Under the pieces are notes generated by a model. It did not search any database. It saw only the letters and a list, made by a program, of their open reading frames with translations, and was not told where the DNA came from. A program made the position numbers and the translations under genes. This document shows, piece by piece, positions 16,986 to 25,757 of a stretch of 64,000 bases of DNA; position 1 is the stretch's first letter, and each line of letters opens with the position of its first letter. This DNA is from Clostridia bacterium (lineage in GTDB: Bacteria; Bacillota; Clostridia; Christensenellales; Borkfalkiaceae): positions 22,842 to 86,841 of the forward strand of contig JAFVQM010000011.1 in the NCBI GenBank assembly GCA_017504795.1. Reading direction: 5' to 3'.

Positions 16986-19676
16986 TTAATTTTGACCGCA
17001 ACAGTTTTTGTACTTTTTACCGCTACCGCAGGGGCAAGGGTCGTTTCTTCCTATCTTTTTACCTTTTACGATAGTGCCCGTCGGCTTATTTTCTGAACTT
17101 CCGCCACCTTGTTGAAGTTCCTTTTTCTCCGCCTGCTTGGTAGGAGTTTTTCTAACTTCCGATTTAAGAAGGATGGTAACGGTGTCAACCTGAATACTTT
17201 CAATCATAGCCTCGAACATATCAAGACCTTCGCGCTTGTAAGCGTTTATCGGGTTTTCGTGAGCGTAACCGCGAAGTGATATACCGCGCTTTAAGGTATC
17301 CATCGCGTCGATATGGTCAATCCACTTAGTGTCAACGTTTTTAAGTAGAACTACCCTTTCAACTTCGTTGAAATCTATGCCCATTTCTTTGTATCTTGCG
17401 ATTTTTTCTTCGTAGGTTTCAATTACCTTTTTGATTACCCTTTGTAAAATTTCAGAATAATCCCACTTTTCAAGCCTACTTTCGGTAAGGTAATCGGTGC
17501 CGTCTGGAAGAACTCTTTCTTCGAGCGCTTTATTGAGTTTTTCTCTATCCCACTTAGACGGCTCTTGCCCGATATTAACCGTTCTATTTATAATGTCAGA
17601 TACGATATCGGGGATAAGTTTTAATATCTTTTCGTGAGTGTTTTCTCCGCGAAGAACGGTGTTCCTTTCTTCGTAGATAACTTTACGCTGGGTATTCATA
17701 ACGTCGTCGTACTCGATAATTTGACGGCGAATACCAAAGTTTTTGCCTTCTATCATACGTTGAGCGTTTTCAATTTGGCGAGCGAGCATTTTAGCCTGCA
17801 TAGGCGTATCTTCGTCAACCTTGAACGCGTTGTAGATAGACATAAGCCTATCACCGCCGAAACGCTTTGCTAAATCGTCTTCAAGCGAGATATAAAATAA
17901 CGAAGATCCCGGGTCTCCTTGACGACCTGCACGACCTCTTAACTGATTGTCGATACGGCGTGATTCGTGCCTTTCAGTACCTATAATTCTCAAACCGCCA
18001 AGAGCGGAAACTTCTTTCTTTTCAGCCTCGGTTTGCAAGGTGTGTTTTTCTAGAATTTTACGGTATTCTTCTCTAACTTGTAAAACTTCGTCGGAAACGT
18101 TTTGAACGTAAGACGTAGCAAGGTCGATAACTTGCGGGTCTATCCCTTTATTTATAAGGTCTTGCTTTGCAAGGTATTCGGGGTTACCGCCAAGTAAAAT
18201 ATCCGTACCACGACCTGCCATGTTGGTTGCAATAGTTACCGCGCCCTTTTTACCTGCTTGCGCGATAATTTGCGCTTCTTTTTGGTGGTTTTTAGCGTTA
18301 AGTATGTTGTGTTTTACCCTATTTTTGATAAGGTGCTTAGAAATTTCTTCCGACTTTTCTACCGTAACCGTACCAACGAGCACGGGTTGACCTTTTTCGT
18401 GAGTTTCGATAATATCGCGGATAAGCGCGCGCATTTTACCCTTTTCGGTAGAATAAATAACGTCGGGCTCGTCTTTACGGATAAGCGGACGGTTGGTGGG
18501 AATTTCCAAAACGTCAAGCCCGTAAATCGTTCTAAATTCGTCTTCTTCGGTTTTGGCAGTACCCGTCATACCCGATAACTTTTTGTAAAGCCTAAAATAG
18601 TTTTGGAAAGTTATCGTTGCGTGAGTTTTGTTTTCGTTTCTAACGGGAACGTTTTCCTTTGCTTCTATTGCTTGGTGTAGCCCGTCGGAATACCTTCTAC
18701 CTATCATTAAACGGCCGGTAAACTCGTCAACTATCAAAATTTCACCGCCTTCAACGACATAGTTATTGTCCCTTTTGAAGATGTGATGAGCCTTTAAGGC
18801 TTGTTGTATGTGGTGAGATAAATCGGCGTTTTCAATGTCGGCAAAGTTTTCTATTTGGAAAAATCTCTCCGCTTTCATAGCGCCAGACTCAGTAAGTTGA
18901 ACGGACTTATCTTTAATGTCAACGGTAAAGTCTTCGTCCATAACAAGCGTTTTTACAAAGCGGTTTGCCTTGATATAGAGTTCAGAAGACTTTCCGCCCC
19001 TACCCGAAATGATAAGGGGGGTACGCGCCTCGTCGATTAAAATGGAGTCAACTTCGTCGACGATAGCAAACTCTAAACCCCTTTGAACCATATCGCTAAG
19101 GTTTACTTTCAGGTTATCTCTTAAATAGTCGAAACCAAACTCGTTGTTAGTGCCGTAGGTTATATCGCAAGCGTAGGCCTCGCGTTTTTGCTCGTCCGAA
19201 AGGTCGTGAACGTTCACGCCTACGGTTAAACCTAAGTACTTGTAAACTTTACCCATCCACTCCGCGTCACGCGAGGCAAGGTAATCGTTCACGGTAACTA
19301 CGTGTACGCCCTTTCCCGTAAGCGCGTTAAGATAAGCAGGTAGCGTTGCCATAAGCGTTTTACCTTCACCCGTTTTAAGTTCGGCTACTCTGCCTTCGTG
19401 AACGCATATACCGCCCATAAGTTGAACTTTATAGTGGCGCATATTAAGAACGCGGTAACTCGCTTCTCTTACCGTTGCAAAAGCGTCCGGCAAAATTTTA
19501 TCGAGCGACTCACCGTTTTTCAACCTTTCTTTCAAAATGCCCGTTTGTGCTTTGAGTTCTTCTTCACTCATAGCCTCGTATTTAGGAGAAAGGCTTAGTA
19601 TCTTGTCGGCAATTTTGCCGATATTTTTAAGCCCTACTCGGGTATCGTGGTTTAAGATGTATCTAATAAGTCCCAT
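16986..19676 (-). CDS. secA: preprotein translocase ATPase SecA
   Basis: 896 aa. DEAD-like motor motifs and a C-terminal zinc tail CPCGSGKKYKNCCG. Confidence 0.95.
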   Translation of the reverse strand: MGLIRYILNHDTRVGLKNIGKIADKILSLSPKYEAMSEEELKAQTGILKERLKNGESLDKILPDAFATVREASYRVLNMRHYKVQLMGGICVHEGRVAELKTGEGKTLMATLPAYLNALTGKGVHVVTVNDYLASRDAEWMGKVYKYLGLTVGVNVHDLSDEQKREAYACDITYGTNNEFGFDYLRDNLKVNLSDMVQRGLEFAIVDEVDSILIDEARTPLIISGRGGKSSELYIKANRFVKTLVMDEDFTVDIKDKSVQLTESGAMKAERFFQIENFADIENADLSHHIQQALKAHHIFKRDNNYVVEGGEILIVDEFTGRLMIGRRYSDGLHQAIEAKENVPVRNENKTHATITFQNYFRLYKKLSGMTGTAKTEEDEFRTIYGLDVLEIPTNRPLIRKDEPDVIYSTEKGKMRALIRDIIETHEKGQPVLVGTVTVEKSEEISKHLIKNRVKHNILNAKNHQKEAQIIAQAGKKGAVTIATNMAGRGTDILLGGNPEYLAKQDLINKGIDPQVIDLATSYVQNVSDEVLQVREEYRKILEKHTLQTEAEKKEVSALGGLRIIGTERHESRRIDNQLRGRAGRQGDPGSSLFYISLEDDLAKRFGGDRLMSIYNAFKVDEDTPMQAKMLARQIENAQRMIEGKNFGIRRQIIEYDDVMNTQRKVIYEERNTVLRGENTHEKILKLIPDIVSDIINRTVNIGQEPSKWDREKLNKALEERVLPDGTDYLTESRLEKWDYSEILQRVIKKVIETYEEKIARYKEMGIDFNEVERVVLLKNVDTKWIDHIDAMDTLKRGISLRGYAHENPINAYKREGLDMFEAMIESIQVDTVTILLKSEVRKTPTKQAEKKELQQGGGSSENKPTGTIVKGKKIGRNDPCPCGSGKKYKNCCGQN

Positions 19677-19756
19677 ACAAAATCTCCGTGTATATATATA
19701 ATCTAACTTATTTTACTATATTTTAGCCGTTAAGTAAACAATTTAACTCAAAAAAA

Positions 19757-19790
19757 ATAAACCGCTTTTGCAAAAAAAACGGTTTTTTTA
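19757..19790 (-). terminator. intrinsic terminator downstream of secA region
   Basis: aaaccg-(loop)-cggttttttt with a flanking A-run. Confidence 0.5.
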
Positions 19791-19810
19791 TAATTTTTAG
19801 GGGTTTTAAC

Positions 19811-20533
19811 TCAAATTTCTTCACCCTTATATCTTGAAACGCTTGCTACCGTTAAAACGGTAACTTTCTTAGCGCCAGCCTTTTTAAGAAGTTTTGAAAG
19901 GGTTTCCGCGGTAGCGCCGGTCGTTAAAACGTCGTCTACAAGAAGTACTTTTTTATCCTTTACAACGCCTTTATCCACCTTGAACGAAGAACTTAAATTT
20001 TTAAGCCTTTCATTAAGCGATAAAGTTGCTTGGCGCTCGGTGAGTTTAATCTTTTTAATACAATTACATACGCTAACACCTAATTTTAGCGATAGTTTGT
20101 TTGCTAGAATTTCGGCTTGGTTGTAACCGCGTTCTTTTTGCCTTTCTTCGTGCATAGGTACGAAAGTTATAATATCAAAATCTAAATTTTTTGCTTTGCA
20201 AAGCAAGTAGAGTTCTTCGGTAAAGTAAGTAGCAAGGTATCTTTTGTTTTTATACTTAAAATTTTGAATTAAATCGCTTATGGGCGGTTGATAATCAAAC
20301 ACGCTTAGCGCCCTATCAAAGAAAACGTTCTTTTCTATACACGAATCGCAAAAGTTTATAGGATACGGTGTAACTCTTCCACAGTGCGAGCAACTGTTTT
20401 CGCCTATATATTTAATCTTTTCTTGGCAACGGCTACAAAAATAACCGCTAAAAATCTCGTCGCCACAGGCGTTACACGTCCACCTGTCGTAAAAGAGTGC
20501 CCTATCTAATAATTTTTTCAAAAAATTACTCAT
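19811..20533 (-). CDS. comFC: ComF family protein (phosphoribosyltransferase domain, N-terminal Cys clusters)
   Basis: CxxC x4 N-terminus and PRTase motif VLLVDDVLTTGAT. Confidence 0.8.
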   Translation of the reverse strand: MSNFLKKLLDRALFYDRWTCNACGDEIFSGYFCSRCQEKIKYIGENSCSHCGRVTPYPINFCDSCIEKNVFFDRALSVFDYQPPISDLIQNFKYKNKRYLATYFTEELYLLCKAKNLDFDIITFVPMHEERQKERGYNQAEILANKLSLKLGVSVCNCIKKIKLTERQATLSLNERLKNLSSSFKVDKGVVKDKKVLLVDDVLTTGATAETLSKLLKKAGAKKVTVLTVASVSRYKGEEI

Positions 20534-20840
20534 AACCTACTACTTGCATATACGGATAAACATAGTTTATCTTGTTTATTCTAAAAAGTTCGTCCACGGT
20601 TAAATTTAGCCGTTTAGCAACCAACTCTGGCGTATCGCCTACGGCTACCACGTATACTTTTTTATACCTTTTTATGTAAAGCCTATCGCCAACTTCTATA
20701 TCGCTAGATAAAAAATTATCTTTTACGATTAAATCTTTCGGCGAAGAAAACCTAATTGCTAAACTATCTAGCGTGTCACCTTGTTGAACGGTGTATATGC
20801 CTTCACTTTCATTATCGAGAACAAGCGTTAATTTTTTCAT
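20526..20840 (-). CDS. LysM domain-containing protein
   Basis: YTVQQGDTLDSLAIRF and a second LysM-like segment VAVGDTPELVAKRL. Confidence 0.65.
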   Translation of the reverse strand: MKKLTLVLDNESEGIYTVQQGDTLDSLAIRFSSPKDLIVKDNFLSSDIEVGDRLYIKRYKKVYVVAVGDTPELVAKRLNLTVDELFRINKINYVYPYMQVVGYE

Positions 20841-20941
20841 AGTTTAATAGTATTCTTTTGACACCTTATCTATTCTATTTACGAAAAACCTTTAATAAAA
20901 TACTTTTGTGAGGTGATACTATCAAAAAACTTGTTAAAACG

Positions 20942-22405
20942 ATGATGACGGTAACGGTCTTTTCAACCGCTGAAAGACTACTCGGTTTTATCTATCGTAT
21001 ATTTTTATCTAGAAATTTAGGCTCGGAAGGTATGGGGCTTTACTCGGTTGCGCTATCGGTAGTTGGGCTTATTATGACGCTAACTTCGTCAGGAATTCCT
21101 ATAACCGTATCTAGAATTATGACAAAACACTCGGCTGAAAACCGCGAAAGTTTATCTTTTGGAACGGTTACCGCGGGTATAATTTTAAGTTTAGTTTTAT
21201 CAATTCCCGTAGTTTTATTATTCTACTTCTTCCCGTCTATATTTAGTTTCATTTTTGCAGACGATAGATGCTACGTTATATTAAAAATTATACTGCCAGG
21301 CGTTATAATTACTTCCGTTTACTCGGTAATACGCGGGTATTTTTGGGGTAAGAAATTCTTTCTAACGTACTCTCTTATAGAGTTTTTAGAAGAACTTATT
21401 ATGCTTGTTGCAGGCGTTTTGCTTATATCTTCGGCATCGAGTGGAATTAGCGGTATCGAAGGCGCGGGTTACGCCGTTACTATATCGTATATTTTCTCGT
21501 TTATAACGGCTGTAATTTTATATTTTATTCGCGGTGGAAAAATCAAAAGCCCAAAAGGGGAACTAAAACCCCTTATATCGTCCGCAGCGCCTATTACCGC
21601 TATGCGAACGGCTACTTCAATGATAAACACGCTAATTGCAATAATATTACCGCTAAGGCTTGTGCTTGGCGGTATGAGTCAAAGTTTAGCGCTATCTAGT
21701 TACGGCGAACTGTCGGGTATGAGTATTCCGCTTATCTATATCCCGTCAACGCTCATCGGTTCTATCGCGCTAGTACTAGTTCCCGAACTATCTGATAACT
21801 ACTATCGCCACAGCACGATAACGTTAAAAAACAATATGGAAAAGGGGGTAAAATCGTCAGTATTTATATCTTCGCTTATTATCCCCGTGTTTTTATGCGT
21901 TGGAAAGGAAGTCGGCGTTATGGTTTACGATAACCTAAACGCAGGAATATACGTTCAAAGGGCGTGTATTATTATGCTACCTATGAGTATAACGATGATT
22001 TCAACAAGTATGCTAAACAGCCTTAATTTAGAGAAAAAAACGCTACTATATTACTCGATAGGCGCGGTATTTTTAATACTTTGTATATACTTTTTGCCAA
22101 AGTATATAGGCGTTTACTCGCTAATAGTAGGGCTTTTTATAAGTTACGTTATAACCGCAACTTGCAACCTAATTTTAATTAAAAAAACTTGCAAGCGCCC
22201 ACCTAACTACTCACTTTTTATAATAGCAAGCGTATTCTTTATAGTTCCGTCGGCATTGTTTGGGCATTTGTTAAAGGGAATACTTATAAACTACTTGCCC
22301 GTAAATTTATCGGTTATAATCTGCGCTTTCTCGGTTGTAATATTTATCTATCTACTCTTCAAAGTGTTTAACCTTTTCAGTTTGAAAGAAGTGTTTGAAA
22401 AGTAG
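20942..22405 (+). CDS. MOP-superfamily polysaccharide/peptidoglycan-precursor flippase (SpoVB/MurJ-like)
   Basis: 487 aa, ~14 TM helices. N-terminal ...ERLLGFIYRIFLSRNLGSEGMGLY resembles SpoVB. Confidence 0.65.
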   Translation: MMTVTVFSTAERLLGFIYRIFLSRNLGSEGMGLYSVALSVVGLIMTLTSSGIPITVSRIMTKHSAENRESLSFGTVTAGIILSLVLSIPVVLLFYFFPSIFSFIFADDRCYVILKIILPGVIITSVYSVIRGYFWGKKFFLTYSLIEFLEELIMLVAGVLLISSASSGISGIEGAGYAVTISYIFSFITAVILYFIRGGKIKSPKGELKPLISSAAPITAMRTATSMINTLIAIILPLRLVLGGMSQSLALSSYGELSGMSIPLIYIPSTLIGSIALVLVPELSDNYYRHSTITLKNNMEKGVKSSVFISSLIIPVFLCVGKEVGVMVYDNLNAGIYVQRACIIMLPMSITMISTSMLNSLNLEKKTLLYYSIGAVFLILCIYFLPKYIGVYSLIVGLFISYVITATCNLILIKKTCKRPPNYSLFIIASVFFIVPSALFGHLLKGILINYLPVNLSVIICAFSVVIFIYLLFKVFNLFSLKEVFEK

Positions 22406-22406
22406 T

Positions 22407-23054
22407 TTAATCTTTGAAAAACGGTAGTCGAACGACAATGGGAACTATTATAAATAAAAGGGCGTAATTTACTATGCAGTTAAAAATTTGCCCCTTGAAA
22501 ATTAGGCGGTATAAAACGTAGCCTAAAAAGGAAACGTCACCCCCGAAAAGTTCCTTAACGTAGTTGATAACGGCGGTTGAAAAACCCATTTTATAGTTGT
22601 AAAAATAAAAGCCGGTTGAGTTTATTAAAACCGTTCCAAATATAAAAGAAGATATGCATATTAGCAGTAATTTTACGGCTAACCCACCTTTGAATTTGAA
22701 GTTTATAAAGTAAAATATAACGCCTGATAGTAGCGCTGTAACGCCCGAAGTCAAGCCAACCCAAGGCATATAGGTATACCCCCACGAGTTTATAATAAAC
22801 CCGATAGCGTCACCTATCACGCACGCGCAAAAACCACTGCCACCGCCTATGAGTATCCCTGATAACATAGATAGTAGCAAGGTTATTGAAAACTGCACGT
22901 CTGAAAACTTAATTTCAAGTAGCGTATTGCAAACGATAAGTACTGCCGTTATAACCGCGATATACGCTATTTTTTTCGTGGTGGTTTTGCCTTGTATAAT
23001 AGGCGAAAACACAAACTTTTCCCACAATTTTTTACCGCTATTATTTTTTTGCAT
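22407..23054 (-). CDS. folT: ECF transporter S component, folate family (FolT-like)
   Basis: 215-aa multi-TM protein directly downstream of a THF riboswitch. Confidence 0.7.
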   Translation of the reverse strand: MQKNNSGKKLWEKFVFSPIIQGKTTTKKIAYIAVITAVLIVCNTLLEIKFSDVQFSITLLLSMLSGILIGGGSGFCACVIGDAIGFIINSWGYTYMPWVGLTSGVTALLSGVIFYFINFKFKGGLAVKLLLICISSFIFGTVLINSTGFYFYNYKMGFSTAVINYVKELFGGDVSFLGYVLYRLIFKGQIFNCIVNYALLFIIVPIVVRLPFFKD

Positions 23055-23102
23055 ATAAAAAAACCCCTTTTAAGAGGTCCACTAGAAAAAGCCTTTCGGC
23101 AT

Positions 23103-23206
23103 ATTAAAGCGGACGCGCCCTCCCACCGCAACGGCTACCGCCGTTTTCGTTTAAGGACGACATCCCATTCCTTAACACTTAACGCAATCGGGCTACTCTT
23201 TAATTT
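23103..23206 (-). promoter_or_regulatory. THF (tetrahydrofolate) riboswitch aptamer
   Basis: Minus strand: UUAAAGAGUAGcccgauuGCGUUAAGUGUuaaggAAUGGGAUGUCGUCcuuaaACGAA...GCGCGUCCGCUUUAA. Matches conserved blocks of the E. siraeum THF riboswitch as recalled, with compensatory stem changes. Confidence 0.85.
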
Positions 23207-23216
23207 TGATGAAATA

Positions 23217-23245
23217 ATTGTATCATAAATCTAGCGTTTTATCAA
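23217..23245 (-). promoter_or_regulatory. promoter of THF riboswitch-folT (TTGATA-17-TACAAT)
   Basis: Minus strand: TTGATAaaacgctagatttatgaTACAAT, ~10 nt upstream of the aptamer P1. Confidence 0.6.
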
Positions 23246-23287
23246 GCGTTTGAGTATAATTAGCAAATTTTTATAAATAATAACGGT

Positions 23288-23971
23288 ATGGCTATTATAT
23301 TTTTAAGGTCGGCTATCATCTATATTGCCCTGCTTTTTATTATGCGCCTTATGGGCAAACGGCAAATAGGCGAAATGCAACCTTTTGAATTTACCGTAAC
23401 GCTACTTATTGCGGAACTTGCGTGTATCCCGATGAGCGATTTTTCTATACCACTTCTTTACGGAATTTCAGCGATAGTTGCAGTTTTCGTTCTTCATCAG
23501 TTTATGGCGCTACTTGATAAATCTAATAAGGTTTTTAAGTTCTTGTTTAGCGGAAAGCCTTCCGTCGTGATAAACAAAAACGGCGTAGATTTTTCCGAAC
23601 TTAAAAAGAACAATTTAGACGTTTCAGACCTTATCGAGAGTATGCGCATTTTAGGATACTTTTCACTCGACGCGGTTAGTTACGCAATCTACGAGGCAAA
23701 CGGAACGCTATCGGCACTTGAAAACGAAAATATTGAAACTTCTAGCGATTTGCCTTTGCTTATAGTAAAAGGCGGTAAAACAGACAAGAAAAACCTTGAA
23801 AAGATAGGCTACACAGAAGATAAACTCAATAAGTTTTTATTAAAACAAGGCATTAAAAAGATAAAGAACGTAGGCGTTTTTACCGTTGACGGTGGCGGTA
23901 GATTTTATCTACAACAGTTTAACAAAAAGTACCAAACGGGAAATTTGAAGATAAACAAGGAGAATATATGA
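23288..23971 (+). CDS. DUF421 (YetF-like) membrane protein
   Basis: MRLMGKRQIGEMQPFEFTVTLLIAELA is typical of DUF421. Confidence 0.75.
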   Translation: MAIIFLRSAIIYIALLFIMRLMGKRQIGEMQPFEFTVTLLIAELACIPMSDFSIPLLYGISAIVAVFVLHQFMALLDKSNKVFKFLFSGKPSVVINKNGVDFSELKKNNLDVSDLIESMRILGYFSLDAVSYAIYEANGTLSALENENIETSSDLPLLIVKGGKTDKKNLEKIGYTEDKLNKFLLKQGIKKIKNVGVFTVDGGGRFYLQQFNKKYQTGNLKINKENI

Positions 23972-24345
23972 TAAAAGCGTTAATATCTGCAATTTTAAGC
24001 CTGCTAGTTGTCGTGGGCGCAAGTTTGTTCGAGCAAAACTATCTTAAAAACTCTTTTGGCGAGTTCGAGCGCGCGGTTAGTGTAACTTATGAAAAAACTC
24101 AAAATCACACCGCCGTTAAAGAAGACGTTTTATCCGTTCAAGACCTTTGGGTTGAAAAGAAAAAAACTCTTCATATATTTATTCCGCACAACGATATAAA
24201 AGAAGTTGATTTATGGGTGTCAGAAGCCGTAACGCTAGTTGAAAACGAAAAGTGGGAAGATGCGCTTTCTAAACTCGAAGTAGTTCTTGAAATGGTAGAA
24301 CAAATACCTAAAACCTACTCACTCAGAATTGAAAACATACTATAA
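23968..24345 (+). CDS. small membrane-anchored protein, DUF4363-like
   Basis: 125 aa, overlaps the DUF421 stop. This pairing is common in Clostridia (from memory). Confidence 0.5.
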   Translation: MIKALISAILSLLVVVGASLFEQNYLKNSFGEFERAVSVTYEKTQNHTAVKEDVLSVQDLWVEKKKTLHIFIPHNDIKEVDLWVSEAVTLVENEKWEDALSKLEVVLEMVEQIPKTYSLRIENIL

Positions 24346-24369
24346 AAACCGCCCTATCAGCGGTTTTTT
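24344..24369. terminator. bidirectional intrinsic terminator
   Basis: aaaaaccgc-cctatca-gcggtttttt. Confidence 0.75.
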
Positions 24370-24423
24370 ATATTTATTGCTTATATTTGCATTTATTTAT
24401 TATTAACTTTACACCTATACGTT

Positions 24424-24453
24424 CTTATAGTCATTTTGACTATAAGGTTTTTT
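24424..24453 (+). terminator. plus-strand-only hairpin + T-run immediately upstream of the repeat array
   Basis: cttatagtc-atttt-gactataag followed by gtttttt. There is no T-run on the minus strand. Confidence 0.5.
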
Positions 24454-24480
24454 ATGTTTACCTTTACTTTTATTTTATAA

Positions 24481-25055
24481 TTTGCCTATTTTAACTTGTA
24501 TTTAAGGGCTTAGTTACAAGTATATCAAGGCTCGACACAAAGCGTGGTTGACACTAACCTTTTTGGTTATCGAAGTTCTACCTAATAAAGCCTATACTAA
24601 CCGATATTTTAAGACCTTAGAAGCAAGCAGAACAAGGCTCGCGAAGTTTACGGGGTGAGATAAACCTTTTTGGTTACCGAAGTTTACTTAATAAAGCCTA
24701 TACTAAGCGATATTTTAAGGGCTTAGTTACGAGTATATCAAGGCTCGACACAAAGTGTGGTTGACACTAACCTTTTTGGTTATCGAAGTTCTACCTAATA
24801 AAGCCTATACTAAGCGATATTTTAAGACCTTAGAAGCAAGCAGAACAAGGCTCGCAAAGTTTACGGGGTGAGATAAACCTTTTTGGTTATTGAAGTTTAC
24901 TTAACAAAGCCTATACTAAGCGATATTTTAAGGGCTTAGTTGCAAGTATATCAAGGCTCGCAAGGGCTTGCGGACAACACTAACCTTGTCGGTTGTGGTG
25001 GTCGTAAGACCGAAGCAGTTAACGAAGATATACGCCGTAAATAAGACCTTAAAAT
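24481..25055. repeat. tandem array of 5 units of the modular repeat family (A1-B1-A2-B2-A3 + 3' terminal repeat)
   Basis: Unit starts at 24481, 24587, 24693, 24800 and 24906 (106-107 nt). The A/B dimer period is 213 nt. A1 vs A2 is 98/100 identical and B1 vs B2 is 96/100. The last unit ends with gtaaataagaccttaaaat (25037-25055), overlapping the sigE stop at 25049-25051. Confidence 0.9.
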
Positions 25056-25747
25056 TTGAAGTCCTTTTTCAACCGCTCTACTATCTTTTTCTCTAACCTA
25101 GATATGTAAGACTGCGAAATGCCAAGAAGGTCTGCAACTTCTTTTTGGGTAAGTTCGTCTTCACCGCCTAAGCCAAATCTAAGATGCATAATTTGGCGCT
25201 CTCTAAAATTAAGTCTTTCTAAGGCTCTGCGTAGAATTTTACGCTCTTCGTTTTCTTCTTGGTGCTTGTAAACGATTTCAGGGTCCGTACCCAAAACGTC
25301 ACTAAGAAGAAGTTCGTTGCCTTCGTAGTCTACGTTTAAGGGTTCGTCTAAGGATATTTCACCCTTTATTTTAGAAACCTTTCTTAGATGCATTAAAATT
25401 TCGTTTTCGATACAGCGTGACGCGTACGTTGCGAGTTTAATTTTTTTGTCCATATTAAAGGTGTTAACCGCCTTTATAAGCCCTACGCTACCTACGGAAA
25501 TCAAATCGTCAAGGTCGACGCCGGTGTTATCAAACTTTCTTGCAATATACACGACTAGGCGTAAATTATGCTCGATTAAATCTTTTTTAACGCTACTATC
25601 ACCGCTTTCTAAAAGTTTTAACTTTTCGGTTTCTTCTTCGGTAGAATACGCCATTGGAAGAGTTTCGCTACCGCTTAAATAGTAAAGCGAGTTTTGTGTT
25701 TTGAAAACGGTTTTTATTAAATTTTTAAGTTTTTCTATAAAGTTCAT
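25049..25747 (-). CDS. sigE: sporulation sigma factor SigE (pro-sigma-E)
   Basis: Close match to recalled B. subtilis SigE blocks: [47 protein letters not shown] and [12 protein letters not shown]. Follows spoIIGA. Confidence 0.9.
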   Translation of the reverse strand: MNFIEKLKNLIKTVFKTQNSLYYLSGSETLPMAYSTEEETEKLKLLESGDSSVKKDLIEHNLRLVVYIARKFDNTGVDLDDLISVGSVGLIKAVNTFNMDKKIKLATYASRCIENEILMHLRKVSKIKGEISLDEPLNVDYEGNELLLSDVLGTDPEIVYKHQEENEERKILRRALERLNFRERQIMHLRFGLGGEDELTQKEVADLLGISQSYISRLEKKIVERLKKDFKF

Positions 25748-25757
25748 ATTCTCACCT

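Noticed and set aside
22992-23228. 78-aa plus-strand ORF in the folT upstream region
   Set aside because: It lies antisense over the THF riboswitch aptamer, and that sequence is fully explained by the riboswitch.
24481-25055. Could the tandem array be a CRISPR array or a type III toxin-antitoxin (toxI-like) antitoxin RNA repeat?
   Set aside because: Units are 106-107 nt with two alternating, largely homologous types. They are not 25-40-nt identical repeats separated by unique spacers, and not ~36-nt toxI-type repeats. No cas, toxN or abiE-like gene is adjacent. The same element occurs singly at other loci.
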